NCBI RefSeq assembly: GCF_009696465.1
Contig: NZ_VULX01000009.1
Location: forward strand, 37,537-101,536
Direction of reading: 5' to 3'
Length of the DNA stretch: 64,000 nt
From: Inconstantimicrobium porci
Lineage (GTDB): Bacteria; Bacillota; Clostridia; Clostridiales; Clostridiaceae
Shown here: piece by piece, positions 30,591 to 40,009 of the stretch
How the letters are laid out: each line of letters opens with the position of its first letter
Numbering within the stretch: the stretch's first letter is position 1
The notes under the pieces: generated by a model
Told to the model about the DNA's origin: nothing
Seen by the model: the letters and a program-made list of their open reading frames with translations, nothing else
Database searches by the model: none
Made by a program: the position numbers and the translations under genes

Positions 30591-31208
30591 CTACCTTAAA
30601 ATATATTCATAAATTTTATATTCAAGATAATCAAGTTCTCGTTTATTCAAATTATAAATAATATAATTACCATTTCTCTGCTTACTTACAATTTTAGACT
30701 CAAATAATAATTTTAATGCTTTTGATACAGCTGCTTCTGACATGCTTATATAATCAGCTTTCTTTTTAAGTGTTCTTATAATTACAGGTTCAATATATTT
30801 TTCTTCTTTCATATAAACCTCTATATAAAACTGCTTTAAAAAAGAAAGAAACCTTTTGTATTGACCTGAATTTATGCTTATATTATACTTCCTGAATATC
30901 TTTCTTATATTATATAAATTCACATTTTCAAGATACTCAATACTGCTTAATATATTTAAATCATCACATTCTTTAAAATACATATTAAAATCCATTGGAA
31001 TCATATAATCATCGGTAATTTCTCCAAATTCCAATATGCTATTTTTAAGCTTATTATCTATTTTTTCATATACACTATCTGCCCATTCTTTTCGATGAAG
31101 ATGATGCTTACTATTACACAGTACGTGTAATGCACATAGCATCTCATTTAATGGAGAATATATAAACTTCACTAGTATTTTACCATCATATATTGTATCA
31201 ATATTCAT
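30591..31208 (-). CDS. Putative transcriptional regulator with a C-terminal winged HTH (ArsR/MarR-like) and a novel N-terminal domain
   Basis: 205 aa. The C-terminus YISMSEAAVSKALKLLFESKIVSKQRNGNYIIYNLN resembles a recognition helix plus wing. Confidence 0.4.
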   Translation of the reverse strand: MNIDTIYDGKILVKFIYSPLNEMLCALHVLCNSKHHLHRKEWADSVYEKIDNKLKNSILEFGEITDDYMIPMDFNMYFKECDDLNILSSIEYLENVNLYNIRKIFRKYNISINSGQYKRFLSFLKQFYIEVYMKEEKYIEPVIIRTLKKKADYISMSEAAVSKALKLLFESKIVSKQRNGNYIIYNLNKRELDYLEYKIYEYILR

Positions 31209-31223
31209 AACGTCCCCTTAAGC

Positions 31224-32036
31224 TTAAAAATAAGTAAACTCTCCTGTCTTTCTACTATGTTTTTCAACTATATAAATAATTATATTAGATAATATATATA
31301 ACACCACAATTATTGTTATCCCAATTAATATAAAATTCTTAATTTCATTTATAGGTGCTTTATTTAGTATACACCTTCTCACTGCTTCTATTGAATAAGT
31401 TAAGGGAAATATAAAGCTTATTATTTTTGCCCAGGTCGGAAATAAAACTGTTGGCACTTTAACTCCTGCAAATATCTCCGTAGGTTCTTCAAAGATAGTA
31501 AAAAGAAAACCTGAATCTCTAGAAAAAAGAAACATAGCATTAAGCATCATTCCCCATAATACAGCCATAATAATAGTTATTATAAATACTATACTAAGCG
31601 AAACATAATTGATATTTAAAGCATCTCGCTTTAATATCATAACACCTATTGAAAACATAACCATTACTATTACACTTTCAAATAATGATGAAAGTGCATT
31701 TCCAAATATAACACCTTGCCTTGAAGCTGGCGACATATATATAAGTTCTAATGTTCCACTTATTCTTTCAAACGAAAAATTCCATGCAGACTGAACGAGA
31801 CTTCTGAATAGACTCATAGTCATATAGCCTAACAGTATAAATATTATCATGTTTTCTTCATTCAGATATGGTATGTTACTTCTTGATATTTTAAAAGGCT
31901 TAAAACTAAAATAAGTAGTAATAAAATTCAATATAGGCCATATAAATAATGAAATATATATAGTTTTACTATAAAAATAATTTAAATGCTGCTTCTTCAT
32001 TTCAGCAGTTTCATCAATATTCTTAAGCATCTTCAT
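31224..32036 (-). CDS. ABC-2 type transporter permease
   Basis: 270 aa with 6 TM segments. Downstream of the ABC ATPase remnant. Confidence 0.6.
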   Translation of the reverse strand: MKMLKNIDETAEMKKQHLNYFYSKTIYISLFIWPILNFITTYFSFKPFKISRSNIPYLNEENMIIFILLGYMTMSLFRSLVQSAWNFSFERISGTLELIYMSPASRQGVIFGNALSSLFESVIVMVMFSIGVMILKRDALNINYVSLSIVFIITIIMAVLWGMMLNAMFLFSRDSGFLFTIFEEPTEIFAGVKVPTVLFPTWAKIISFIFPLTYSIEAVRRCILNKAPINEIKNFILIGITIIVVLYILSNIIIYIVEKHSRKTGEFTYF

Positions 32037-32061
32037 AAGTCCATCATAAAAAGTTTTATTC

Positions 32062-32373
32062 TTAATAAATCATCCTTTCTCCGCCTGCTATCATATTCAC
32101 TTTACTTTTAATCATTCTTGGATTCTTTACAGCATCCATTCCATCTAAAAAATACTGTCCAGATGTTGGTGATAACAGTGTTGTAAGCATTTTTATTGTT
32201 GTAGTCTTTCCAGCACCATTTATCCCTAAAAGTCCGACAATCTGACCTTTTTCAAGCTTTATTGAAACATCTTTAACTGCTTCGAAAGTCTGTTTTTCAC
32301 TCTTAAAAAAATTCTTTCTTATCTTTGTTTCATATTGTTTCCTTAAATTCACTGCTTCTAACATCTTTATCAC
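32062..32373 (-). pseudogene. Truncated ABC transporter ATP-binding gene (N-terminal 103 aa only)
   Basis: Contains Walker A GINGAGKTT and ends with a stop after about 100 aa. No Q-loop, signature or Walker B. All frames are closed before the permease start. Confidence 0.6.
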
Positions 32374-32389
32374 CTATCCTTTAATTTTC

Positions 32390-32614
32390 TCAAGCGCAAT
32401 TACTTCTGTTTTTTTCATACTTAAAAAGCCTGTCATATCCCCTTTTATCTTCATCTATATAAGTCATGGCTGCTTCAAAAAGCACTTTCCATAACTTCTT
32501 TGCATTATTTATTTTTTCATTGATATTATTTGAATCCCTTAAGTCTACAATATACTTAGCTATTCTATTCTTATAGTTTTCCCTATTTTCCAGATAATTA
32601 ATCTTACCTTCCAT
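32390..32614 (-). CDS. Hypothetical small protein (74 aa)
   Basis: ORF directly upstream of the ABC remnant. No recognisable family. Confidence 0.3.
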   Translation of the reverse strand: MEGKINYLENRENYKNRIAKYIVDLRDSNNINEKINNAKKLWKVLFEAAMTYIDEDKRGYDRLFKYEKNRSNCA

Positions 32615-32720
32615 TAATTCTGAAAGGTAATAGTTTAGTACATATTCCTCATTTAGCGTTACTTTTACTTTAATGTTTCCATTTTAATAGCCCCCTTGTG
32701 ATTTATTAATCTTTTATTAT

Positions 32721-34538
32721 TTAATTATTTATTGATTCCAGTCCATAAATAGCGGCCCCTATAGCTCCTACTATTTCTGGTTCTTCTGGTATAAACAGTT
32801 CTTCACCTATTTTTTCTTCAAGTGCCTTAACAACACCGATATTCTGTGCAACTCCACCTGACATCATGAACTTGCTTTCTCTGCCTACTCTGCCTAAAAG
32901 CGCATTTGTTTTTCCTGCAATTGAATTATTAAGTGCATGTATTATATCTGGCTTTTCTTTATTTTCAGCAATAAGTGATATTACTTCTGATTCAGCAAAA
33001 ACTGAACACATACTGCTTATCTTTATGTCTTCCTTCCAATTTAATGATATTGGTCCCATATCCTTAATATCTATTTCAAGAGTTCTTGCCATCATTTCAA
33101 GAAATCTTCCTGTACCAGCAGCACATTTATCATTCATTACAAAGTCAATAACCTCGCCTTTATCATTAAGTCTTATAGCCTTGCTGTCCTGTCCGCCGAT
33201 ATCAATGATTGTTCTTACATCAGGGTTAAGATAATGAGCACCTTTACCATGACAGCTGATTTCTGTAACATTCTTATCAGCAAAATCTATACTTACTCTT
33301 CCGTAGCCTGTTGAGACAATTAATGAAAGTTCTTCTTTATCTATGCCAGCTTTTCTTAAGACATTTTCTAATGCTCTTCTTGCACTTTCACTGCTCTTAG
33401 CTCCTGTTCTTACAACATCTGAAGCAACAATTTTTCTCTTTCCATCTAAGATAACAGCATTTGTTGATGTAGAGCCACTATCGATTCCTAAAACATAAAT
33501 CTTTTTATCACTACTCATATTGCTTTTCACTTCCCCTAAACTCTTTTCCTTTTCAACATCGGATTTTATAGCATTATATCTATTTCTGCTTTCAATAATA
33601 TTCTTCTCCCTGTCAGCATCACAGCCAACACACATAGATGATCTTCCACAGTCAGGATACTTCTTTTCACAATCACTCTTCTCATCACTCTTAATTACAT
33701 TAAGTGATTCAATAAAAGCCTCTACCCTTGTCTTTATCTGGCCTTCGCACTGCTTTGTATAATCAGTTTCTACCTTTAATATTGGAATATTAAGCTTATT
33801 CTTAATCTCTACATAATCATAAGAGTAGATATCACAGAACTTAACTGTATGATAAATTATACCGTCAACAACATCTTTGCTTCTTGTCATGAATTCCTTT
33901 CTTTTATTAAGATCAACCATTCTAACGCATGGTATCTTTGCAAAAAGTTCTTTAACATACTCGTTAAGAAGATTATCATAATTCTTTATATCAAAAATAC
34001 GTTCATCACCTGTACATGAGATGTTAAATCCAATTTCAGCACCGCTTTTCTTGATGACATCCATTATGCCGTCATTACATCTTGCACCGACAATTCCTAT
34101 ATTTATCCTGCCACGTTTGTATTCTTTCTTCTTGTTTTTAGACTGTAAAATCTGCTTCAGCTTATCTTTATCAAACACTCTGCCTGAAAATTCTTCATAA
34201 TGCTTAATCATACTCATTATTGAATTCTCATAAAGTTTTACAGCATCTTCTGTATTCTTTCTTGGTAGATCAAGTATATAAACAAACTTATCTGGAAACT
34301 CTTTTCTCAGAGTATCATATAGTCTCTTTGTACTATCACAGCAGTTTGTAAGAACAACACCTTCATAATTACTGCTCATGACATCTTCAAGAACACCTTT
34401 AATATATGAGCATAAATTCGCATGCATCATAGTTTCCGCCTTATCATAATTTGTTACATTAGGATCAATTCTCTTGGTTTCAACGCCCATTGCTTCAAAA
34501 AGTTCTGTGGGTACATATTTACATGTATATCCTATCAT
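32721..34538 (-). CDS. Fusion protein: 2-hydroxyacyl-CoA dehydratase beta-type subunit (HgdB/BcrC-like) plus a C-terminal BadF/BcrA/HgdC-type ATPase activase
   Basis: The N-terminus MIGYTCKYVPTELFEAMG is the HgdB/HgdA family signature. The C-terminal half IYVLGIDSGSTSTNAVILD...GTGYGR is the acetate/sugar-kinase-fold activase. Confidence 0.7.
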   Translation of the reverse strand: MIGYTCKYVPTELFEAMGVETKRIDPNVTNYDKAETMMHANLCSYIKGVLEDVMSSNYEGVVLTNCCDSTKRLYDTLRKEFPDKFVYILDLPRKNTEDAVKLYENSIMSMIKHYEEFSGRVFDKDKLKQILQSKNKKKEYKRGRINIGIVGARCNDGIMDVIKKSGAEIGFNISCTGDERIFDIKNYDNLLNEYVKELFAKIPCVRMVDLNKRKEFMTRSKDVVDGIIYHTVKFCDIYSYDYVEIKNKLNIPILKVETDYTKQCEGQIKTRVEAFIESLNVIKSDEKSDCEKKYPDCGRSSMCVGCDADREKNIIESRNRYNAIKSDVEKEKSLGEVKSNMSSDKKIYVLGIDSGSTSTNAVILDGKRKIVASDVVRTGAKSSESARRALENVLRKAGIDKEELSLIVSTGYGRVSIDFADKNVTEISCHGKGAHYLNPDVRTIIDIGGQDSKAIRLNDKGEVIDFVMNDKCAAGTGRFLEMMARTLEIDIKDMGPISLNWKEDIKISSMCSVFAESEVISLIAENKEKPDIIHALNNSIAGKTNALLGRVGRESKFMMSGGVAQNIGVVKALEEKIGEELFIPEEPEIVGAIGAAIYGLESINN

Positions 34539-35812
34539 TAATTTCTGTCCCCCTTTTGGCTTTCAATCATTTCAAGGAATGCTTCAAGCCTAGTTTTTAT
34601 CTGCCCATCATGGCAGTTTCTTCTATCCATACAATCTCCATCAAGTATCAACATTGGAAGGTTCTTCTTCCTCATAGCTTCCTTAATTTGCATAACGCAT
34701 CCTGCAGACTGCTTACATCCCCAGTGGCAGAAGTTGATTACTCCATCTGGCTTCAGTAAATCTACTACCTTCTCTATTTCCTTTACTTTCTTTTCATAAG
34801 GTCCGTTATAAAGATTACATATAAGTTTTCTTGCCAATGCTTCTAATGGATGTTCTTCATCAAGTTCATCCATGTAATCAAAATTTATCTCATAAGTCTG
34901 AATCTGATAATTTTCATTAAAGTTAAAATACTGTTTTAATGTTTCTTGATAATATGGAAGTAGATGAATCCATAATATATTGATACCTTTATTTTCAGGA
35001 TAACTCTTTATATCCTCAGCCAGGTTTTTATAGAAACGATAAGTTTCTTCACTGCCTATACTAAGATGTGAAGCAAACAACATATACATCTGAAGTGTTA
35101 GCGAACTTGGATAGTACTTAGTTGCCAGTTCCTTTGCATATTCCATAAAGTATTTTTTAGATGCGTTTTCTCTTTTAATTATTTCCTTTAATTTATTGAT
35201 ATCAAATTTCTTACCTATCTTTTCCTCAAGCATGCTTATAAGTTCTTTTAACTGAGTTACTACATACTGTTCATTTGATTTTGTATATTCATATGGAACA
35301 TCAATTATATATGAATCTATATTCTTTTTTTCTGATACATACCTCATGGTATTAACATTAGCATCACAACATGTAGATGTTGTAATTGCAAACTTGGCAG
35401 CAGGCATAACTCCTGACTCTATAGCACCTATAAAACCTTTATGATATGAACATAATGTCTCGGCAATTCCTAAATCTTCAGCGCAGTCATTAAAGAAATC
35501 CTCACACTGAAATCCTGATATAAAGGAAGAAAAACATTCAATTGATAGTGCTTGTAAATCAAAACACTGAAGTATCTCAACTGGTGTGAAAATATTTACC
35601 CATGCGGTTTTTTCTGGATTCTTTAATGCTTTTCTTATAGAATCAACTGCAAATAGATTTAGTTCTTTATAAGCCTTAGGCATATTCTTTTCAGTAAACT
35701 TTACTATCTGTTTTTCAAAAAATAATCCCCATTTTATCATCTTATATGCCATATCAGGATTATTCATAGCCTGCTTTTTAGTTATATCTTCATACTTTTT
35801 CTCTATATCCAC
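34538..35812 (-). CDS. 2-hydroxyacyl-CoA dehydratase alpha-type subunit (HgdA/BcrB-like)
   Basis: Cys-containing dehydratase family partner gene. The start was moved to the GTG (VDIEKKYEDI), 7 nt after AGGAGG. Confidence 0.65.
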   Translation of the reverse strand: MDIEKKYEDITKKQAMNNPDMAYKMIKWGLFFEKQIVKFTEKNMPKAYKELNLFAVDSIRKALKNPEKTAWVNIFTPVEILQCFDLQALSIECFSSFISGFQCEDFFNDCAEDLGIAETLCSYHKGFIGAIESGVMPAAKFAITTSTCCDANVNTMRYVSEKKNIDSYIIDVPYEYTKSNEQYVVTQLKELISMLEEKIGKKFDINKLKEIIKRENASKKYFMEYAKELATKYYPSSLTLQMYMLFASHLSIGSEETYRFYKNLAEDIKSYPENKGINILWIHLLPYYQETLKQYFNFNENYQIQTYEINFDYMDELDEEHPLEALARKLICNLYNGPYEKKVKEIEKVVDLLKPDGVINFCHWGCKQSAGCVMQIKEAMRKKNLPMLILDGDCMDRRNCHDGQIKTRLEAFLEMIESQKGDRN

Positions 35813-35898
35813 AACAGAACCTCCTATTATAATTCTTTCATTAAAGCTAAACCTACAGTACAATACTGCTATAAACAATAGTTAAGAGATCAGAGAAA

Positions 35899-36014
35899 AG
35901 GATGAAACTCCTTTTCTGAAGTTTCAAAATAAGGGTACTAATTCTCCTTATAACTCTTTAAATTAAAATTGCTGAAAGCAACTTCATAAGAGGCTTGGAG
36001 GATTTATCCTCCAT
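35899..36014. repeat. Family-1 composite hairpin repeat, inverted orientation
   Basis: GGATGAAACTCCttttCTGAAGTTTC ... GAGGCTTGGAGGatttatCCTCCATT. Confidence 0.65.
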
Positions 36015-36332
36015 TAAAACTTAGAAATTTATAGGCGTAGCCAATAAATTTCATCCTGCTCTCTTATCTCTACTCTCTTATCTCTTAGCTTTTCAATACT
36101 ATACTTGCCCTACAGGATTCTTTTTGTCTTCAACATTAACTTAATTCACAAAAAACAATCTTGTAACTGTCATAAATATTATTATACCACTGTATTATGA
36201 ATAATTTTAAAAAAATGTAATTATAAACTATTTATTTTACAGAATTCTCCCTAATTTGTTTTATTCCCTACTTTAATGTAGAATATTAAAGATATATACT
36301 ACTTTTACTAAAGATGAAAGGAGAAAAAACAT

Positions 36333-37529
36333 ATGAATATCAAACTTGATATATTTGAAACTATGGCTATTGCAACTTTTGTATTTTACCTTGGGCAGTT
36401 TTTAAGAAAGAAAATTAAATTCTTATCAAAATATTGTATTCCAGCTCCAGTAATTGGCGGGCTTTTATTTGCCATCCTAGTACTGAGCTTAAGACTTACA
36501 GGAACTATGACAATAACTCTCGATACAACTCTTCAGCCATTATTTATGACAGCATTCTTTACTACAGTAGGCTATACCGCTAGTTTAAAGATTCTTAAGC
36601 AGGGTGGAATAAAAGTATTTATATTCCTTATTTTAGCCACTATTTTAGTTGCTCTACAGGATACATTAGGTGTTGCTTTAGCAAAATTATTTGGTCTTGA
36701 TCCACTTTTAGGTCTATGTACAGGTTCTATTCCTATGGTAGGTGGACACGGAACATCAGGGTCATTTGGACCATTACTTGAAAACATGGGTATAGCAGGT
36801 GCAACCAGTATATCATTTGCTTCTGCAACATTTGGTCTTGTTATGGGAAGTTTTATCGGCGGATTGGTCGCAAAACGTCTTATTGACAAACATAACTTAA
36901 AGACTCCAAAAGAAAATTATGAAAAAGAAATTCCATTAAGTGATTTTCATGAAGATGATGCGGCTATATTATGTCATAAAAGACTTATGAATGGTGCAGC
37001 CTGGATATTTTTTGCTATGGGGCTTGGTTCAGTAATTTCTAAGTTAATTCAGGATACTGGACTTACCTTCCCATCATATATCGGTGCAATGCTTGCTGCA
37101 GCAGTAATCAGAAATATATGTGATTTCAGACATATACAAATGGAAGAAAAAGAAATAGAAGCTCTAGGCGGAATCAGTCTTTCATTCTTCTTATCAATGG
37201 CTCTAATGAACTTAAAGTTATGGGAATTATTCGCACTTGCAATTCCTATGGTAGTAATGCTTATTGCGCAAGCTATATTAATGGGTGCATTTGCTTACTT
37301 TATAACATACAACGTTATGGGAAGAAATTACGATGCAGCTGTATTTGCTTCTGCTAACTGTGGTTTTGGGATGGGTGCGACTCCTAATGCCGTAGCGAAT
37401 ATGGATGCTCTTACAGCTAAATTTGGCTTTGCTCCTACACCATACTTCGTAGTTCCAATAGTCGGATGCCTATTTATCGATTTTGTTAATTCTGCAGTAA
37501 TAACCTTTTTCATTAATATAATCCATTAA
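36333..37529 (+). CDS. gltS: Sodium/glutamate symporter (GltS family)
   Basis: 398 aa with the GltS-type helix arrangement. N-terminus MNIKLDIFETMAIATFVFYLGQFLR. Confidence 0.75.
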   Translation: MNIKLDIFETMAIATFVFYLGQFLRKKIKFLSKYCIPAPVIGGLLFAILVLSLRLTGTMTITLDTTLQPLFMTAFFTTVGYTASLKILKQGGIKVFIFLILATILVALQDTLGVALAKLFGLDPLLGLCTGSIPMVGGHGTSGSFGPLLENMGIAGATSISFASATFGLVMGSFIGGLVAKRLIDKHNLKTPKENYEKEIPLSDFHEDDAAILCHKRLMNGAAWIFFAMGLGSVISKLIQDTGLTFPSYIGAMLAAAVIRNICDFRHIQMEEKEIEALGGISLSFFLSMALMNLKLWELFALAIPMVVMLIAQAILMGAFAYFITYNVMGRNYDAAVFASANCGFGMGATPNAVANMDALTAKFGFAPTPYFVVPIVGCLFIDFVNSAVITFFINIIH

Positions 37530-37602
37530 TGTATTGTTTTTTATAGAATTTTTATTTGTCTCCTACAAAGAATAATAACATAATGTAAAGGAGGCATGTA
37601 AA

Positions 37603-37785
37603 ATGAGTAAAAAACATAATTGTGGATGTCATTCAGAAAATCAAAGTTTTGAAAGTCATGTAGATTCAGGCTGCTCTAGTGGCTGCGAATGTGGATCAAG
37701 TGACATTGAGAAGAAAAATGCTAAATATGAATCAAAAGTAGATAAAAACCCAAACAAGAAAACTTCTGGAAATAATCAATGGTAG
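37603..37785 (+). CDS. Cys/His-rich small protein (60 aa), a putative metal-binding peptide
   Basis: Strong RBS AAAGGAGG 7 nt upstream. Sequence HNCGCH...SGCSSGCECGSS (6 Cys, 3 His). The C-terminal half is Lys/Asn-rich. Confidence 0.5.
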   Translation: MSKKHNCGCHSENQSFESHVDSGCSSGCECGSSDIEKKNAKYESKVDKNPNKKTSGNNQW

Positions 37786-37863
37786 AATAACCATAAAACT
37801 TGAATTGTCATTGTTTTTACATTATATTTATAGTAATACTATAAATTTATAGAGGTAATTACA

Positions 37864-38457
37864 ATGACAATTTTTTTAATGATTCTTTTATCTTATCTTA
37901 TAGGTTCTATACCTACAGGATACCTTATTGTTAAATGGAAATTCGGAAAGGATGTAAGAAACTTTGGAAGCGGCAACATCGGTTCAACCAATGTAGGAAG
38001 AGTTGCTGGCAAGAAGTATCAAATAATAACTACTATTTTAGACATTTTAAAAGGCTTTGTACCTGTAGTAATAGCAGATATTGCCTGCAGGAATAACTTA
38101 ATAAGCATTAATAAAGAACTATTTCTTATTTTAATAGCTTTTACTACAATTATAGGTCATAACTTTACAATATTTCTAAAGTTCAAAGGCGGTAAAGGAG
38201 TATCAACAACAATAGGATCATTTGTATATCTTGTTCCTATTCCAATGCTGATAGTTGCGATTTTATTCTTTTCAATGAAGCTTAAAACAAAAGTTGTATC
38301 TATAAGAGTTCTAGTATGTGCTCTAGTTCTTTTCTTAAGTACATGGATTTTAGGTTATGATAAAGCCTATGTTATAGCAACATTCTGTGCCTTTGCACTT
38401 ATCTGTGTAAGACATAAATCTAATATTGTAAGAATAATCAAAGGTGAAGAAAAGTAA
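37864..38457 (+). CDS. plsY: Glycerol-3-phosphate acyltransferase PlsY
   Basis: YLIGSIPTGYLI and FGSGNIGSTNVGR motifs. 197 aa. Confidence 0.9.
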   Translation: MTIFLMILLSYLIGSIPTGYLIVKWKFGKDVRNFGSGNIGSTNVGRVAGKKYQIITTILDILKGFVPVVIADIACRNNLISINKELFLILIAFTTIIGHNFTIFLKFKGGKGVSTTIGSFVYLVPIPMLIVAILFFSMKLKTKVVSIRVLVCALVLFLSTWILGYDKAYVIATFCAFALICVRHKSNIVRIIKGEEK

Positions 38458-38477
38458 TTTAGAATTTAAAGTTATGG

Positions 38478-38509
38478 AGAGAAACTAGCTAGATTTTCTA
38501 GCTAGTTTC
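38478..38509. terminator. Bidirectional terminator between plsY and the deaminase/kinase gene
   Basis: agaaactagctag-attttc-tagctagtttct, a perfect 13-bp stem. Confidence 0.6.
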
Positions 38510-38572
38510 TTGTTTCCTCAATGTAAAACCTACAAAAGAAGCAAATAAAGCTGTAAACTCTGACAGTAGAAT

Positions 38573-39568
38573 TTAACTTATAACATCTACTTCTGTTTCA
38601 TCTGGCTCTTCAAATATGCTGCTTACCTTTTTCTTAAGGTTCTCATCAACATAATAATCATTTGAACGTCCTTTTTCTACCGCATCATTTCTATTTTCTA
38701 TATGTTTATTCCACGTTTCATCATCAACTTTTATGTAATGAAGTTCAGTTTCTATCCCCTGATTATTAAAGAATTCTTTTGCTGTTTTTCTTTCAACTTT
38801 TGTCCATAAGCCTGAATCTATTATTACGTTTGTCCCTGCCTTAGCAACTTCTAATGATTTATTATAAATATATTTCTTTACCTTGCAGACAACTTCTTCA
38901 TGTTTATCACCAAGCTGTTTATCAAACATATCTGTCATGATTTCATCACATGACATTATTACAGCATTGCGATTAACTTTGAGTTTTGCAGAATAAGTAC
39001 TCTTACCGCTGCATATCTTTCCACAAATAAGAATAACTTTTGCCTTGTCATTCTTCTGAAATGCTGGTATATCATCACCATCATACTGCGTATATTTAAT
39101 TCCTGCCATATCAAACATTCTCTTTGATCCCTTTACAGAATCAGTTTCTGCATACTTGTCGCTTAAATAAATTACTTCCTTTATACCGCTCTGAATAATT
39201 GCTTTTGCACATTCATTGCAAGGAAAAAGTGTTACATATATCTTAGTTCCTTTTAGTGAGCCACTGTCATTATTTAGTATTGCATTAAGCTCTGCATGGC
39301 ATACATACATATATTTTGTATCAAGGGGCTCTCCTTCTCTGTTCCATGGCATTTCTTCATCGTCGCACCCACAAGGCATACCATTGTAACCAACTGAAAG
39401 AATCTTGTTTTCATTATTAACAATACAAGCGCCAACCTGAGTACTGCTGTCCTTACTTCTCTGGGCAGACAGAAGCGCCACTCCCATAAAATATTCATCC
39501 CAGTTTAAGTAATTACTTCTCTTCACAAAAACACCTCTCATTAAAAATTTTATCATTAGTTTAACCAA
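38573..39568 (-). CDS. Fusion protein: N-terminal dCMP/cytidylate deaminase (CDA zinc-binding fold) plus a C-terminal P-loop kinase-like domain
   Basis: Deaminase motifs VCHAELNAI and [11 protein letters not shown]; [16 protein letters not shown] start typical of ComEB-like dCMP deaminases. The C-terminus has Walker [14 protein letters not shown] and VIIDSGLW. The true start is probably the GTG at about 39526 (RBS GAGAGGTG). Confidence 0.75.
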   Translation of the reverse strand: MVKLMIKFLMRGVFVKRSNYLNWDEYFMGVALLSAQRSKDSSTQVGACIVNNENKILSVGYNGMPCGCDDEEMPWNREGEPLDTKYMYVCHAELNAILNNDSGSLKGTKIYVTLFPCNECAKAIIQSGIKEVIYLSDKYAETDSVKGSKRMFDMAGIKYTQYDGDDIPAFQKNDKAKVILICGKICSGKSTYSAKLKVNRNAVIMSCDEIMTDMFDKQLGDKHEEVVCKVKKYIYNKSLEVAKAGTNVIIDSGLWTKVERKTAKEFFNNQGIETELHYIKVDDETWNKHIENRNDAVEKGRSNDYYVDENLKKKVSSIFEEPDETEVDVIS

Positions 39569-39614
39569 ACTTTAAAGTTACTCTTTATATTAAAACGTAT
39601 ATAAATGATTTAGA

Positions 39615-39815
39615 ATTTAAAATTTAGAATGTAGAATTCAGGTTAAAATTCATTAGCTTCGCCATGAATTTAATTTAATGGAGGATTCTCCTCCAAACCA
39701 CCTGCGAAATTACTGAACGTAATTCCAACTAGAGGCTTGTCCGCCCTATATTTATTTCAAAAACTCACTCAAGGGAGTTTTTCCCTTAATTTTAGATTTT
39801 AAAATCTAAATTTTA
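39615..39815. repeat. MITE-like element: a family-1 composite repeat flanked by 15-bp inverted repeats (AATTTAAAATTTAGA)
   Basis: Left end ...gaatttaaaatttagaat. Right end tagattttaaaatctaaattttaaatta; the reverse complement matches the left end. Internal AATGGAGGattctCCTCCAAACC and AAAACTCActcaagGGAGTTTT modules. Confidence 0.5.
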
Positions 39816-40009
39816 AATTATTTCCTCAATATCTAGTTTATCTTCTTAAACATGTCTCTATTTTATATAGTTATTCTGTTTCTTGTCAAAACTGATTTAT
39901 GTAAATTTAATATTTTTATGTATTTTATTCTAAAATTTGTTATATTATTTATATAATGGTTATTATTTGTCTAACCTCAATAATTAAAAAAGTTAAGGAG
40001 TTGTTAATC

